Shown: positions 1-10,556 of the stretch, piece by piece
Layout of the letters: each line of letters begins with the position of its first letter
How positions within the stretch are numbered: the stretch's first letter is position 1
Assembly (NCBI GenBank): GCA_039794085.1
Contig: JBDIWC010000036.1
Span: 1-40,431, forward strand
Length of the DNA: 40,431 bases
Direction of reading: 5' to 3'
Source: Gemmatimonadales bacterium
Lineage (GTDB): Bacteria > Gemmatimonadota > Gemmatimonadetes > Gemmatimonadales > GWC2-71-9
The notes under the pieces: generated by a model
What the model saw: the letters and a program-made list of their open reading frames with translations, nothing else
Databases searched by the model: none
Told to the model about the DNA's origin: nothing
Program-made: the position numbers and the translations under genes

Positions 1-60
1 CCGCTGCCAGAGATCCTGTTTCTGTGCCGGGGTCAGCCCCGGCCGGTCGGTTCGTATCAT
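1..60 (-). CDS. IS30-family transposase, N-terminal fragment running off the window
   Basis: ATG at 60 with GGAAGAGG RBS; translates MIRTDRPGLTPAQKQDLWQR, like the 'GRPGLSxxQKxELWxRW' N-termini of IS30 transposases. Not in the ORF track. Confidence 0.7.
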   Translation of the reverse strand, partial: MIRTDRPGLTPAQKQDLWQR

Positions 61-122
61 CGGGCAACCTCTTCCGTGGAGGACTTCGAAGGAAGATGTT
101 GCATCGACCCATTGAATGCACC
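1..122 (-). mobile_element. Left end of an IS30-family insertion sequence, truncated by the window edge
   Basis: Positions 97-122 read GGTGCATTCAATGGGTCGATGCAACA on the minus strand, resembling the 26-bp IS30 IRL as recalled (ATTCAAT..GGTC..GCAACA core). An IS30-like transposase start follows inside. Confidence 0.75.
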
Positions 123-143
123 ACTTCGAACTTCAAACTTCCT
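123..143. repeat. ACTTCAA-family heptamer repeat, 3 units, overlapping the zwf stop codon
   Basis: ACTTCGA ACTTCAA ACTTCCT; same family as 19041-19075 (reverse) and 40303-40321. Confidence 0.65.
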
Positions 144-1602
144 CTTCGTGTTCCCCACACCCGGACCTCCATGCCCGTCCATCCCGGGTCAACATCTCCA
201 TCGCCGGCTCGGGCCCCCAGCTCCCCCGCGGGTACGTCGGCATCGCACCGGTCATTCCCTCCTGGGCCACCGCGATCACCGGATCGATCAGCGCCCAGGC
301 CCGTTCGATCTCGTCCTTGCGGGCAAAGAGGGAGGCATCGCCGGTCATCGCATCGAGCAGGAGCCGCTCGTAGGCCTCGGGCAACTCCACCTCGGGAAAC
401 GACGACCGGTAGTGGAACTCCATCTCCACGGGCCGGGTCTCGGAGGGGTGGTCGGGCACCTTGGCCTGGAACTGCAAGTGCATTCCCTCATCGGGCTGGA
501 TGCAGAGGGAGAGGACGTTGGGCGTGGGGCTCTGGAACGCTCCGAAGAGCCGGGTGGGCGGCTTCTTGAACTGAATGGAGATGGTGCTCGACTTGGCGGC
601 CAACGCCTTGCCGCTCCGCAGATAGAACGGCACGCCCTGCCACCGCCAGTTGGCGACGCCAAGCCGGAGGGCACCGAAGGTGGGCGTCATCGAGTCCTTC
701 GCGACACCCTTGGTGTCCCGGTAGCCCTCGTATTGCCCGCAGATGGCATCGCCCGAGCCGATAGGGGCCAGGGCACTCAGCACCTTGACCTTCTCGTCCC
801 GCAGGGTGGTCGCATTGAAAGGTGCCGGAGGCTCCATCGCCACCAGGGTGAGGAGCTGCAGCAGGTGATTCTGGAACATGTCGCGGAATACGCCGGCATT
901 GTCGTAGTAGCCGGCTCGGGTCCCCACATCCACGGTTTCCGACACGGTGATCTGGACATGGTCGATGTAGTTCCGGTTCCAGACCGGCTCGAAGATCGTG
1001 TTGGCAAACCGGAAATACAACAGATTCTGCGCGGTCTCCTTGCCGAGATAATGGTCGATCCGGTAGATCTGGCTCTCGTCGAACACGGCGTGGAGTGCCG
1101 CATTGAGCGCGTTGGCGGAGGCCCCGTCCCGTCCGAACGGCTTCTCGATCACCAGGCGCTGACGCTCGCACCCCTCCCCTCGGGTGGCGAGACCTCCGGC
1201 CTGGAGAAACTCGACTGCCGGCACGAAGAACCGGGGGGCCACGGCCAGGTAGTAGAGCCGCAACTCGTCCCCCGCTTCCAGCGACTCGAGATGCTCCCGA
1301 AGTCCCGCCGCCGTGTCCGGGCTGCTGAAGTCGCTGCTGATGTAGCTCAGCCGGGGGGCAAACTTCTTCCATTCCGCCGCGTCAAAGTCTCCCGAAAACT
1401 CCTTCAGGGCCTTCTTGATGGCATCCCGCCAGCCCGCGGTGTCCAGATTGCTCGGGGCCGACCCGACGATGCGGGTCCCCTCGGGGAGCCTCCCCTTGCA
1501 CTGCAGCTGGAAGAGCGCCGGCGCCAGTTTTCGCCGAGTGAGGTCCCCGGTGGCCCCGAAAATCACCACGGTCATCGGTCCGCCCGTGTCGTTCTCCTCC
1601 AT
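133..1602 (-). CDS. zwf: Glucose-6-phosphate 1-dehydrogenase
   Basis: GATGDL NADP motif, IEKPFG, RIDHYLGKE, NWRWQGVPFYLRSGK, EAYERLL; 489 aa. Confidence 0.97.
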   Translation of the reverse strand: MEENDTGGPMTVVIFGATGDLTRRKLAPALFQLQCKGRLPEGTRIVGSAPSNLDTAGWRDAIKKALKEFSGDFDAAEWKKFAPRLSYISSDFSSPDTAAGLREHLESLEAGDELRLYYLAVAPRFFVPAVEFLQAGGLATRGEGCERQRLVIEKPFGRDGASANALNAALHAVFDESQIYRIDHYLGKETAQNLLYFRFANTIFEPVWNRNYIDHVQITVSETVDVGTRAGYYDNAGVFRDMFQNHLLQLLTLVAMEPPAPFNATTLRDEKVKVLSALAPIGSGDAICGQYEGYRDTKGVAKDSMTPTFGALRLGVANWRWQGVPFYLRSGKALAAKSSTISIQFKKPPTRLFGAFQSPTPNVLSLCIQPDEGMHLQFQAKVPDHPSETRPVEMEFHYRSSFPEVELPEAYERLLLDAMTGDASLFARKDEIERAWALIDPVIAVAQEGMTGAMPTYPRGSWGPEPAMEMLTRDGRAWRSGCGEHEEEV

Positions 1603-1605
1603 GGT

Positions 1606-2514
<909 letters not shown>

Positions 2515-2524
2515 GTGTTGCCTT

Positions 2525-3232
2525 TCAGTGTGTGGGCTGTGACGCGTCCTGGAGCACCCGTGCCACCACGGCACAGAGCTGCTCGGGATCGTCGACGATG
2601 TTGCGGGAGGGGAGAAGACCCGCCGAGCGGACCCGCTCCCGGGTGAACGGCGTGGTCATCGCCACGCAGTGGGTGCCGGCGCGGACGGCCGCCTCCACCC
2701 CGGCGGGTGAATCCTCGATGACCAGGCATTCCGACGGCTCGCGACCCAGGGTACGCGCCACGAGCAGGTAGATCTCGGGGTCGGGTTTGCCGCGCTCGAC
2801 ATCCTCGCGGGTGACCACGACGTTGAACGTCTCCCGAAGATCGAGAATGTCGAGAACGCGGGACACTTCGGGACGGTGCGACATCGTGGCCAGGGCCACC
2901 TGGTCGCACATCGCGCGGGTCCCGTGGAGCAGTTCGATGGTGAAGGGCCACTGGTGGGATCGGAGGGTATCGGGATCCGCAATCATCTCCTGATAGATGG
3001 CGAGCCGACGCTCGACGTACTTCTCCCACGTGGCCCCGAGGCGAAAGCGCTCGACGAGGGTCCGGGCCACCTCCTCGCGGGGCAACCCGACCACGTCCGC
3101 AAAGGCCTCGTACACGGTGTCCTCCTCGAGGTCGGGTCGGATCTGCACCGCGGCCCGGGCATAGGAGATTGCCTTGAGTTTTTCGGTCTGAACCAGCGTG
3201 CCGTCCAGATCGAACACAGCCGCCCGGATCAT
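2525..3232 (-). CDS. HAD-superfamily hydrolase (beta-PGM/CbbY-like phosphatase)
   Basis: FDLDGTLV, KPDPEIY, IEDSPAG motifs; ATGA overlap with the upstream tal-pgi. Confidence 0.9.
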   Translation of the reverse strand: MIRAAVFDLDGTLVQTEKLKAISYARAAVQIRPDLEEDTVYEAFADVVGLPREEVARTLVERFRLGATWEKYVERRLAIYQEMIADPDTLRSHQWPFTIELLHGTRAMCDQVALATMSHRPEVSRVLDILDLRETFNVVVTREDVERGKPDPEIYLLVARTLGREPSECLVIEDSPAGVEAAVRAGTHCVAMTTPFTRERVRSAGLLPSRNIVDDPEQLCAVVARVLQDASQPTH

Positions 3233-5985
3233 GAGACTCCGTCCGCCAGGGCCTTCAGTACGGCTCCCGGCGAGGCGGGCACCGACAACTGGATCACTCG
3301 GCGGGCGGCATCGAGCAGCGCCTGGGCGTCGCCCGCCGCCTGCGCCACCTTGAGCACCTGGAACCCCATGGTCGATTCCGGCTCCCCCGCCCGGTCGGGA
3401 ATGCCGAGATCCTCGACCCCCTCCGAGGTGATCTGGAGGAAGAGGCCGTTGCCCCCGTCACCCTTGTGCAGCTGGCCGGTGGAGTGGAGGAAGCGGGGCC
3501 CGTACCCGAGTGTCGTGGCCAGACGATAACGATCGCGGATCGACACGCGAAACGCCGACAAGATGCGGTCGTTGTCAGGAGCAGGATCCAGGTAGGCCTG
3601 GATCGCCACGTAATCGCCGGGGCGGTGCGACTTGAGCAGGTTCCGCACCGCCTCGGGTGTCGCCGGCACGCGGGAGGCCGGGGGAAGGGTGCCGCTCTTC
3701 AGGTACGCCTCCACGAGGGTTCGCGCCACGATCTTGGCGGCCTCGACGTTGGGCTGGTCGAAGGGGTGGATGCCGAGCCGGTGTCCGGCCACGACCGTGG
3801 CCATTTCCCAGAGGAAGAACTGGGCCCCGACATCGTACCGATCGTTCAGGGTCAGTTGAACCACGGGATGCCCCGCGCCGCGGAGTGCCGTCAGCTCTTC
3901 CGTCCGCTCCGTATCGTCGGCGAGCCGGATGTCCACGAAGAGACGGTCCGGTCCGTACACCGCGGGGGCACCGAGCGGCTCCCGCACCACCGGCACGATT
4001 CCAACCCCGTTCTTTCCCGTGCTCTCCGCCACCAGCTGCTCGATCCAGTCGGCCAGCCCTTCGAGTCCCGGCGTCGTGGTGATGGTGAGCTTGTCCCGTC
4101 CGGCCCGGGCCAGATCACCGAGAATGACTCCCAACCGGCCGGCATGATTGTCGGCGCCATGGGGACAGTTGGCGCTGGCCGCGTTGCATGCCGCGGTGGC
4201 GGCGCGATCGAGCAGCTGGTCCACCGCCACGCCCGACAGGACCGCGGGCACCAGGCCGAACCAGGTGAGGGCGGCGTATCGCCCGCCGACCGTGGGATCG
4301 TTGAGGAACGTGTCCCGGAAAGCGTACTCCCCGGCGAGCGTTTCCAGCCCGCTGCCGGGATCGGTGATCGCGACGAAGTGCCGTCCCACGCTTCGGACAC
4401 CGGCGGCCTGCATCGCGTTGTACATGTACCGGAAGGCCGACAGCGTCTCCGCCGTTCCTCCCGACTTGGTGGCCACGATCACCAGGGTCCGCGCCAGGTC
4501 GAGACCTCCCGTGCGGCGCCGGATGCAGTCGGGATCGGTACTGTCGATGATGGTGAGGCGGAGGTCCGCCCCCCTCTCCAGCGCGTTCCCGCCGAAGATC
4601 GAGGCGAGGGCCTCCGGCGCGAGACTGGAGCCGCCCATGCCGAGCAGGAGGGCATCGGTGAATCCCTCGGAGCGCACCGTCGCGGCGAACGTGTCGAGGC
4701 GCCCGACCTGCCCTTCCATCATCTCCGGCGCCACGAGCCAGCCGAGGCGATTCTCGATCTCCCGGGGATCGGGATTCCACACGGTATGGTCGTGGGCCCA
4801 GATCCGGCGCATGATCTTCTGGCTCGCCAGGTCCGCCGTTCCCGCCTTCACCATTTCCTCGTACTCTCCCAGCCAGGCGGTGAGGGATCGGGGTGCCTTC
4901 GTCTCCAGTGCCTTCCGTTTCCGGGCAATGCTTTCGCGGAGGGAAACAAATGCCGCGGCGAACGACTCCACACCCTCGTCCAGCAGCTCCTCGGTCAGCG
5001 CGCCGAGGTTGATGCCGAGTTCCGCCAGGCGGCCGAGCCGCTCGCGGGCGTCGTCGAGGCCGATGCCCAGCGTGTCGTTGACAGTGCCGTGATCCAGGAA
5101 GAGATCGAGCGTCGCAGGCGGTACCGTGTTGACGGTCTGCGCCCCAATCAACTCGTCCACGTACATCGTGTCGGAATAGTCGGGGTTCTTGGTGCTGGTG
5201 CTGGCCCACAGAAGTCGCTGCGGTTGAGCCCCCTTCGATGCGAGGGCATGCCAGCGGGGGGATCCCAGGATCGTGCCGAACCGGGCATAGGCCATGCGCG
5301 CGTTGGCGATCGCGATCGTTCCCTGAAGGTCCCGATGACCCCGCGCATCCAGGGCCACATCCACCTTGGTGTCGACCCGGCTCACAAAGAAGGATGCGAC
5401 CGAAGCCACCCGGCTCGGGTCGCCCCCATTCGACACCAGGTGTTCCAACCCCTCCATCCACGCCGTCACCACCTGCTCATAGCGGGCCAGTCCGAAGATG
5501 AGGGTGACGTTCACGTTCACCCCCTTGGCGAGGAGGCGCGTGATGGCCGACATCCCTTCCGCGGTGGCGGGCACCTTGATCATCACGTTCGGCCGACCAA
5601 GATCGCGGAAGAGCCGGACGCCCGCGGCCACGGTTCCGTCGGTCTCGTGCGCCAGGGCGGGACTCACCTCCAGACTCACGTATCCGTCCACCCCCTTGGT
5701 CTGGTCCCAGATCGGCCGCAGGAGGTCGGCGGCCCGGCCGATGTCCTCCAGGGCGAGGTGCTCGAAGACCGCCTCCTCATCGAGCGAGGCGGGCAGCGCG
5801 GCGATCGCGGCGTCGTAATCGGCGCTTCCGGCGATCGCCTTCTCGAAGATGGAGGGATTGGATGTCACCCCGGTCACCCCGGCGTCGAGCAGGGCCTTCA
5901 ACTCCCCCGAATCGAGCAGAGCCCGGCGAATGTTGTCGTACCAGATCGATTGTCCGTGAGCCTGAAGCTCGGTGAGCTTCGTCAT
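3229..5985 (-). CDS. Bifunctional transaldolase / phosphoglucose isomerase fusion
   Basis: N-terminal transaldolase (GVTSNPSIF, YVSLEVSP, MIKVPAT, SFFVSRVD, LWASTSTK); C-terminal PGI (GMGGSSL, TKSGGT, GGRY, EQLVAESTGK, FDQPNVEAAK); 918 aa. Confidence 0.95.
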   Translation of the reverse strand: MTKLTELQAHGQSIWYDNIRRALLDSGELKALLDAGVTGVTSNPSIFEKAIAGSADYDAAIAALPASLDEEAVFEHLALEDIGRAADLLRPIWDQTKGVDGYVSLEVSPALAHETDGTVAAGVRLFRDLGRPNVMIKVPATAEGMSAITRLLAKGVNVNVTLIFGLARYEQVVTAWMEGLEHLVSNGGDPSRVASVASFFVSRVDTKVDVALDARGHRDLQGTIAIANARMAYARFGTILGSPRWHALASKGAQPQRLLWASTSTKNPDYSDTMYVDELIGAQTVNTVPPATLDLFLDHGTVNDTLGIGLDDARERLGRLAELGINLGALTEELLDEGVESFAAAFVSLRESIARKRKALETKAPRSLTAWLGEYEEMVKAGTADLASQKIMRRIWAHDHTVWNPDPREIENRLGWLVAPEMMEGQVGRLDTFAATVRSEGFTDALLLGMGGSSLAPEALASIFGGNALERGADLRLTIIDSTDPDCIRRRTGGLDLARTLVIVATKSGGTAETLSAFRYMYNAMQAAGVRSVGRHFVAITDPGSGLETLAGEYAFRDTFLNDPTVGGRYAALTWFGLVPAVLSGVAVDQLLDRAATAACNAASANCPHGADNHAGRLGVILGDLARAGRDKLTITTTPGLEGLADWIEQLVAESTGKNGVGIVPVVREPLGAPAVYGPDRLFVDIRLADDTERTEELTALRGAGHPVVQLTLNDRYDVGAQFFLWEMATVVAGHRLGIHPFDQPNVEAAKIVARTLVEAYLKSGTLPPASRVPATPEAVRNLLKSHRPGDYVAIQAYLDPAPDNDRILSAFRVSIRDRYRLATTLGYGPRFLHSTGQLHKGDGGNGLFLQITSEGVEDLGIPDRAGEPESTMGFQVLKVAQAAGDAQALLDAARRVIQLSVPASPGAVLKALADGVS

Positions 5986-8108
5986 GCGGAAGTCCTTCCT
6001 GACAGAGTGTTGACTACTGACCGGGCCACCGCCACCACGTGATCGACCGTGAACCCGAACCGGTCATGCAAGGCCTCGATCGGAGCGGAGGCCCCGAAGG
6101 TATCGAGGCCGATCGCCCGGCCGTCGAGTCCCACATAGCGTTCCCACCCCAGGGTCGAGGCCTGTTCCACCGACACCCGTGCCCGGACGGATGGTGGGAG
6201 TACCGTCTCCCGGTATGCCGAGTCCTGGCACTCAAAGAGCTCCCAGGAGGGCATGCTCACCACCCGGGTGGGAGTGCCGGAGGCCTGGAGCGCCTCCCGT
6301 GCCTCGAGACAGAGCGACACCTCGCTCCCCGTTCCGATCAGGATCAGCGCCGGCGGACCACCCTCCGCCTCCGCCAGAATGTACGCCCCCCGTGCCGTTC
6401 CGGACGCGCTCGCGTACCGGGTGCGGTCCAGAGTCGGAAGCTTCTGGCGGCTCAGGACCAGGGCCACCGGCTCGTGCCGGAGTGGCATGATGACCCGCCA
6501 CACCTCGGCCACTTCGTTGGCATCGCAGGGCCGGATCACCATGAGGCCGGGCACCGAGCGAAGCGACGCGAGATGCTCCACCGGCTGGTGCGTGGGACCA
6601 TCCTCGCCGAGGCTGATCGAATCGTGGGTGAAGATGTGGATCACCGGCAGTTCCATGAGCGCACTGAGCCGGATCGCCGGGCGGGCATAATCGCTGAACA
6701 CCAGGAACCCCGACCCGAAGGGGCGCACCTTTGACAACGAGAGCCCGTTCAGGATCGCCGCCATCGCATGCTCGCGCACCCCGAAGTGAAGATTCCGTCC
6801 CGCGGGATTTCCGCCGGGCAAAAAGTCACCGACCCCGTCGAAGGTGAGCCGTGTCTTAGTGGAGGGAGTCAGATCGGCGGACCCCCCGATCATCCAGGGA
6901 ACCCTCTTCGCGACAGCATTCAACACCGTGCCCGAGCTGTCGCGCGTGGCGATCCCCTTGGCATCGGCCGGGAACGCCGGAATCTCGGCGTCCCATCCCT
7001 CGGGGAGCTGGCGTTTCTGCATGCGAAGGAGCTGGTCGGCCAGGTCGGGGAAGTCCTTCCTGTATGCCTCGAACCGGGCCATCCATTCGGCCCGGGCGGC
7101 GGCACCCCGTCTCCCGATTCCCTGCCGGAAATGCTCTCGTACCTCCTCCGGGACCAGGAACTGCGCCTCCTCCGGCCATCCATAGGCGCGTTTGGTGAGG
7201 CGGACCTCCTCCTCACCGAGCGGCTCGCCGTGGGCCGCGCTGGTGTCCTGCTTGGTGGGAGCTCCCCAGGCGATGTGGCTGTCGACGATGATCAGGGTGG
7301 GCCGGCCGGTGGTGCCCCGGAAGGTGTCGAAGGCGCGCCGGAGCATCGGCAGGTCGTTGGCGTCTCCCACGCGAAGCACATTCCAGCCGTATCCGAGAAA
7401 CCGGGTGGCCACCTCCTCGCTGAAGGCCAGATCGGTCGAGCCCTCAATGGTGATGCCGTTGCTGTCGTAGATCCAGCAGAGGTTGTCGAGCTGGAGATGC
7501 GCCGCCAGCGACGCAGCCTCACTCGAGATTCCCTCCATCATGCAGCCGTCCCCCGCCACGGCAAAGACGTCGAATCCGAAGAGCGCGTGGCCCGGCCGGT
7601 TGTACCGTGCGCCGAGCCAGCGGGAGGCGATCGCCATCCCGACACTGGTGGCGAGTCCCTGGCCCAGGGGTCCGGTGGTGGTTTCCACTCCGGAGGTCCA
7701 GCGATACTCCGGGTGGCCCGGTGCCCGGGAATCGAGCTGGCGGAAGCGTTTGATGTCATCGAGGGAGACGGAGGGCTCGCCCAGGGTTTCATACTTCGGG
7801 TTGACCGCGCGGACCTCCGCCAGATGGAGGAGTGAATAGAGGAGGGTGGATGCGTGACCCGCGGAGAGAACGAACCGATCGCGGTTGGGCCAGATTGGAT
7901 CGGCGGGGTCGAACCGGAGATACTCCTGGAAGAGGAGATACCCGACCGGGGCGAGCCCCATCGGGGTCCCGGGATGTCCGGAATTGGCCGCCTGCACCGC
8001 GTCCATCGCGAGGGTGCGGATCGTGGTGATGGCGCGATAGGCCGGATCGGTCGTGGTGGACGCGGGGGACGCCGGGGACACGGCGGGAGCCGCGGTATGG
8101 GTGGTCAC
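5982..8108 (-). CDS. tkt: Transketolase
   Basis: [49 protein letters not shown]; likely GTG start at 8108 after GAGGGAG. Confidence 0.97.
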   Translation of the reverse strand: MTTHTAAPAVSPASPASTTTDPAYRAITTIRTLAMDAVQAANSGHPGTPMGLAPVGYLLFQEYLRFDPADPIWPNRDRFVLSAGHASTLLYSLLHLAEVRAVNPKYETLGEPSVSLDDIKRFRQLDSRAPGHPEYRWTSGVETTTGPLGQGLATSVGMAIASRWLGARYNRPGHALFGFDVFAVAGDGCMMEGISSEAASLAAHLQLDNLCWIYDSNGITIEGSTDLAFSEEVATRFLGYGWNVLRVGDANDLPMLRRAFDTFRGTTGRPTLIIVDSHIAWGAPTKQDTSAAHGEPLGEEEVRLTKRAYGWPEEAQFLVPEEVREHFRQGIGRRGAAARAEWMARFEAYRKDFPDLADQLLRMQKRQLPEGWDAEIPAFPADAKGIATRDSSGTVLNAVAKRVPWMIGGSADLTPSTKTRLTFDGVGDFLPGGNPAGRNLHFGVREHAMAAILNGLSLSKVRPFGSGFLVFSDYARPAIRLSALMELPVIHIFTHDSISLGEDGPTHQPVEHLASLRSVPGLMVIRPCDANEVAEVWRVIMPLRHEPVALVLSRQKLPTLDRTRYASASGTARGAYILAEAEGGPPALILIGTGSEVSLCLEAREALQASGTPTRVVSMPSWELFECQDSAYRETVLPPSVRARVSVEQASTLGWERYVGLDGRAIGLDTFGASAPIEALHDRFGFTVDHVVAVARSVVNTLSGRTSA

Positions 8109-8138
8109 GAGTACATCTCCCTCAAGAGAAACCAACAA

Positions 8139-9152
8139 TCATGCGCGCATCGGGGCATCGGCCAGGGCGCGGGACGCCGCCCCCACCAGGGGGGTATCCG
8201 CCCGCTGGATCAGGCGGACCGGTACCGTCTCCACGAATCGCCGCAGGCGGCCCTTGGTGAGGAACGCCTCGCGGAAGGCGCCGTCCACGAGCAGGGGAAC
8301 GATCCGGGGCGCGATCCCTCCCCCGATCCAGATTCCGCCGGTGGCCAGAACCGTGAGCGCGAGATCTCCCGCCAGCGACCCCAGAATCCTCACGAAGAGT
8401 TCCAGCGTTCGACGGGCCAGCGCCACGTCCTTCTCCAGCGCCGCCCGGGTGATCACCGGCGCCGGATCCTCCGCACCGGCCAGGGCCGCCGCAAGCCACT
8501 CCGGCTCCGCCTCGGGGTCGGTGTGTCGCAACCAGGCATAGAGATTGGGGAGACCCATTCCCGAACAGACCCGCTCGTTGCTCACGTAGCCGTACTGCTT
8601 CCGCAGAAACGCGAGAAGCCCCTCCTGCAGTTCTCCCTGCGGGGCAAAAGCGGTGTGCCCTCCCTCGGAGGGAAAGGCCCGCAAGGTCCCCTCGTCACCG
8701 CGGATCCCCCAGGCCATGCCCAGCCCGGTTCCCGGGGCCAGGATCCCGATTGGTCCTGCCGGGTCGGCGGTTCCCGGGATGACCGACACCGATTCCGCCT
8801 CCTCGAGTTCCGCCACACCATGCGCCATCGCCACCAGGTCGTTGAGCAGCGTCACCCGGTGGAGCCCGAGCCGTTTCGCCAGCGCCGCTTCCTTCAGATC
8901 CCAGGGGAGGTTGGTAATCCGGGCCCTCCCGTCGATCACCGGACCGGCCACGCCAAACACCGCGTGGCACACCTTGACGCCGAGACCGTGGAGAAAGGCC
9001 TCGCACATCTCCGCCAGACCGGAATGGTCCCCGCTCACCAGACGCGTCGTGGCCACGGGGTCACGGGGTCCCCGCTCGGGGCTGAACACGCCGAGCGTCG
9101 TCTTGGTACCGCCGAGATCTCCCGCGAGTACAAGCGCGGAACCAGGCGTCAT
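8139..9152 (-). CDS. glk: Glucokinase (E. coli Glk type)
   Basis: GDLGGT, GVAGPV, TNLPW, LLND, PGTGLG, PSEGGH, GGGIAPRI, FLTKGR. Confidence 0.95.
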   Translation of the reverse strand: MTPGSALVLAGDLGGTKTTLGVFSPERGPRDPVATTRLVSGDHSGLAEMCEAFLHGLGVKVCHAVFGVAGPVIDGRARITNLPWDLKEAALAKRLGLHRVTLLNDLVAMAHGVAELEEAESVSVIPGTADPAGPIGILAPGTGLGMAWGIRGDEGTLRAFPSEGGHTAFAPQGELQEGLLAFLRKQYGYVSNERVCSGMGLPNLYAWLRHTDPEAEPEWLAAALAGAEDPAPVITRAALEKDVALARRTLELFVRILGSLAGDLALTVLATGGIWIGGGIAPRIVPLLVDGAFREAFLTKGRLRRFVETVPVRLIQRADTPLVGAASRALADAPMRA

Positions 9153-9943
9153 GCCGGAATACCCTGGTTGCGGGGAATCTCAGCCGCGGCCGCCTCATCG
9201 GCGAGCCAGCGCAACCGCCCCTGCACCGGCCGGATCAACTGGGCCGGAAACCGGATGGTGTTTCCGGGGGGCGCGAGTACCTCCCTCAAGGTTGCTGCTT
9301 TCGCCGGACCCGTCACCAGAAAGAGAACCTCCCGAGCCTGGTTGATGGGGACGGTGGTGAACGTCACCCGCCAGCGATTCTGTGACGGGGTGAAGACCGG
9401 CACCACCCACCGCCTCCGCGGGTTCACCCCGTCGAGTTCCCGACGAAAGATGTCGCTTCCGGGGAAAATCGAGGCGGTGTGGCCATCGGCCCCGAGTCCA
9501 AGCAGAACCATGTCGAGGGCGCCGCGGCTCCCTCCTCCCCCCGCCTCCCCCTCGTCGAGCCAGGAGAGGAGGGTCGCTTCATACTCGGCGGCGGCCCGAT
9601 CGGGGGCGATCTCACCCCGGATCCGGTGAATGGCGGCGGGAGGGACCGGGAGATGGTCCAGCAGGGCGCGGGCGGCAGATCCGTAGTTGCTCTCCGGGTC
9701 GTCCGGGGGGACGCAGCGTTCGTCGCCCCAGAAGAGGTGGACCCGGCCCCAATCCACCGCATCCCGCCGGGGCGCACGAGCCAGGAGGGAGTAGCACACC
9801 ACTGGGGTGGAGCCCCCGGCGAGCGCCACGCCAAAGCGCCCCCGGGCCTCGATCGCGGCCGCAGCCGCAGCCACGAACCGGTCCGCAGCCTCGGTGGCCA
9901 CGTCCTCGGCGGAGTTTTTCACCTCCAAGGCATCGGTCGGCAT
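9149..9943 (-). CDS. pgl: 6-phosphogluconolactonase
   Basis: LAGGSTP, WGDERCVPPDDPESNY, LLGLGADGHTASIFP; start at 9943 (GGAAGAGG RBS) preferred over 9979. Confidence 0.93.
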   Translation of the reverse strand: MPTDALEVKNSAEDVATEAADRFVAAAAAAIEARGRFGVALAGGSTPVVCYSLLARAPRRDAVDWGRVHLFWGDERCVPPDDPESNYGSAARALLDHLPVPPAAIHRIRGEIAPDRAAAEYEATLLSWLDEGEAGGGGSRGALDMVLLGLGADGHTASIFPGSDIFRRELDGVNPRRRWVVPVFTPSQNRWRVTFTTVPINQAREVLFLVTGPAKAATLREVLAPPGNTIRFPAQLIRPVQGRLRWLADEAAAAEIPRNQGIPA

Positions 9944-10028
9944 AGAGTGAACCCTCTTCCACCTGCGTGTCAACTGCATGTCATCCGTGTGTCGTGAGCG
10001 AAAGAAACCACCACCTTCCTTCTCTATG

Positions 10029-10054
10029 AACGCGGGGAGACGGGGAGCAGTTCC
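10029..10054 (-). promoter_or_regulatory. Candidate ECF-sigma promoter (GGAAC-N17-CGTT) for the PPP operon
   Basis: Minus strand GGAAC tgctccccgtctccccg CGTT, about 85 nt upstream of pgl and correctly oriented. Confidence 0.5.
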
Positions 10055-10160
10055 CGGGCTGAAGCCCGGCCTCGGCGCCTGAGGCGGCCGGTCCTGAAGG
10101 ACTGGCCGGGCAGGATCGTCATTCGTGCACGATCGTCATTCCGGCGAACGCCGGAATCCA
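10054..10160. repeat. Cluster of REP-like palindromes
   Basis: CCGGGC-TGAA-GCCCGG (10054-10069), GGCCGGTCC-TGAA-GGACTGGCC (10086-10107) and CGTC-ATTCCGGC-GAAC-GCCGGAAT-CCA (10134-10160, CGTC-type REP). Confidence 0.7.
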
Positions 10161-10289
10161 CGTATGCTCAACTCACAGGCCTACCCTACGGTCGCCTGGC
10201 CAGGCGAGAGTCAGGGCCCCACCACCTTCCTCTGGGTTCGGCGCAACGGGGAGTGGCGGTTGCGATTCGGCGAAGCGGACCACTATATC

Positions 10290-10403
<114 letters not shown>

Positions 10404-10441
10404 CTCACCGGAAGCTATCGGTGGCGTCAGCCACCTCAACT

Positions 10442-10509
10442 GGCCGAGCAAGGGGCGACAGCCCCGGGATATCCATCACTCAAGGCCGAGCAAGGGGCGT
10501 CCGCCCCTC
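10442..10509 (+). repeat. Two direct copies of GGCCGAGCAAGGGGCG, each leading into a hairpin
   Basis: Copies at 10442-10457 and 10484-10499; hairpins GGGGC-GACA-GCCCC and AGGGGC-GTCC-GCCCCT. Confidence 0.8.
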
Positions 10510-10556
10510 AGAGGACCTGCGCGCACTCGATATCTCCACCCGAGCGAGGAAGGTTC

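Noticed and set aside
10442..10509. Possible mini-CRISPR array
   Set aside because: Only two 16-bp copies, no regular spacers and no cas genes.
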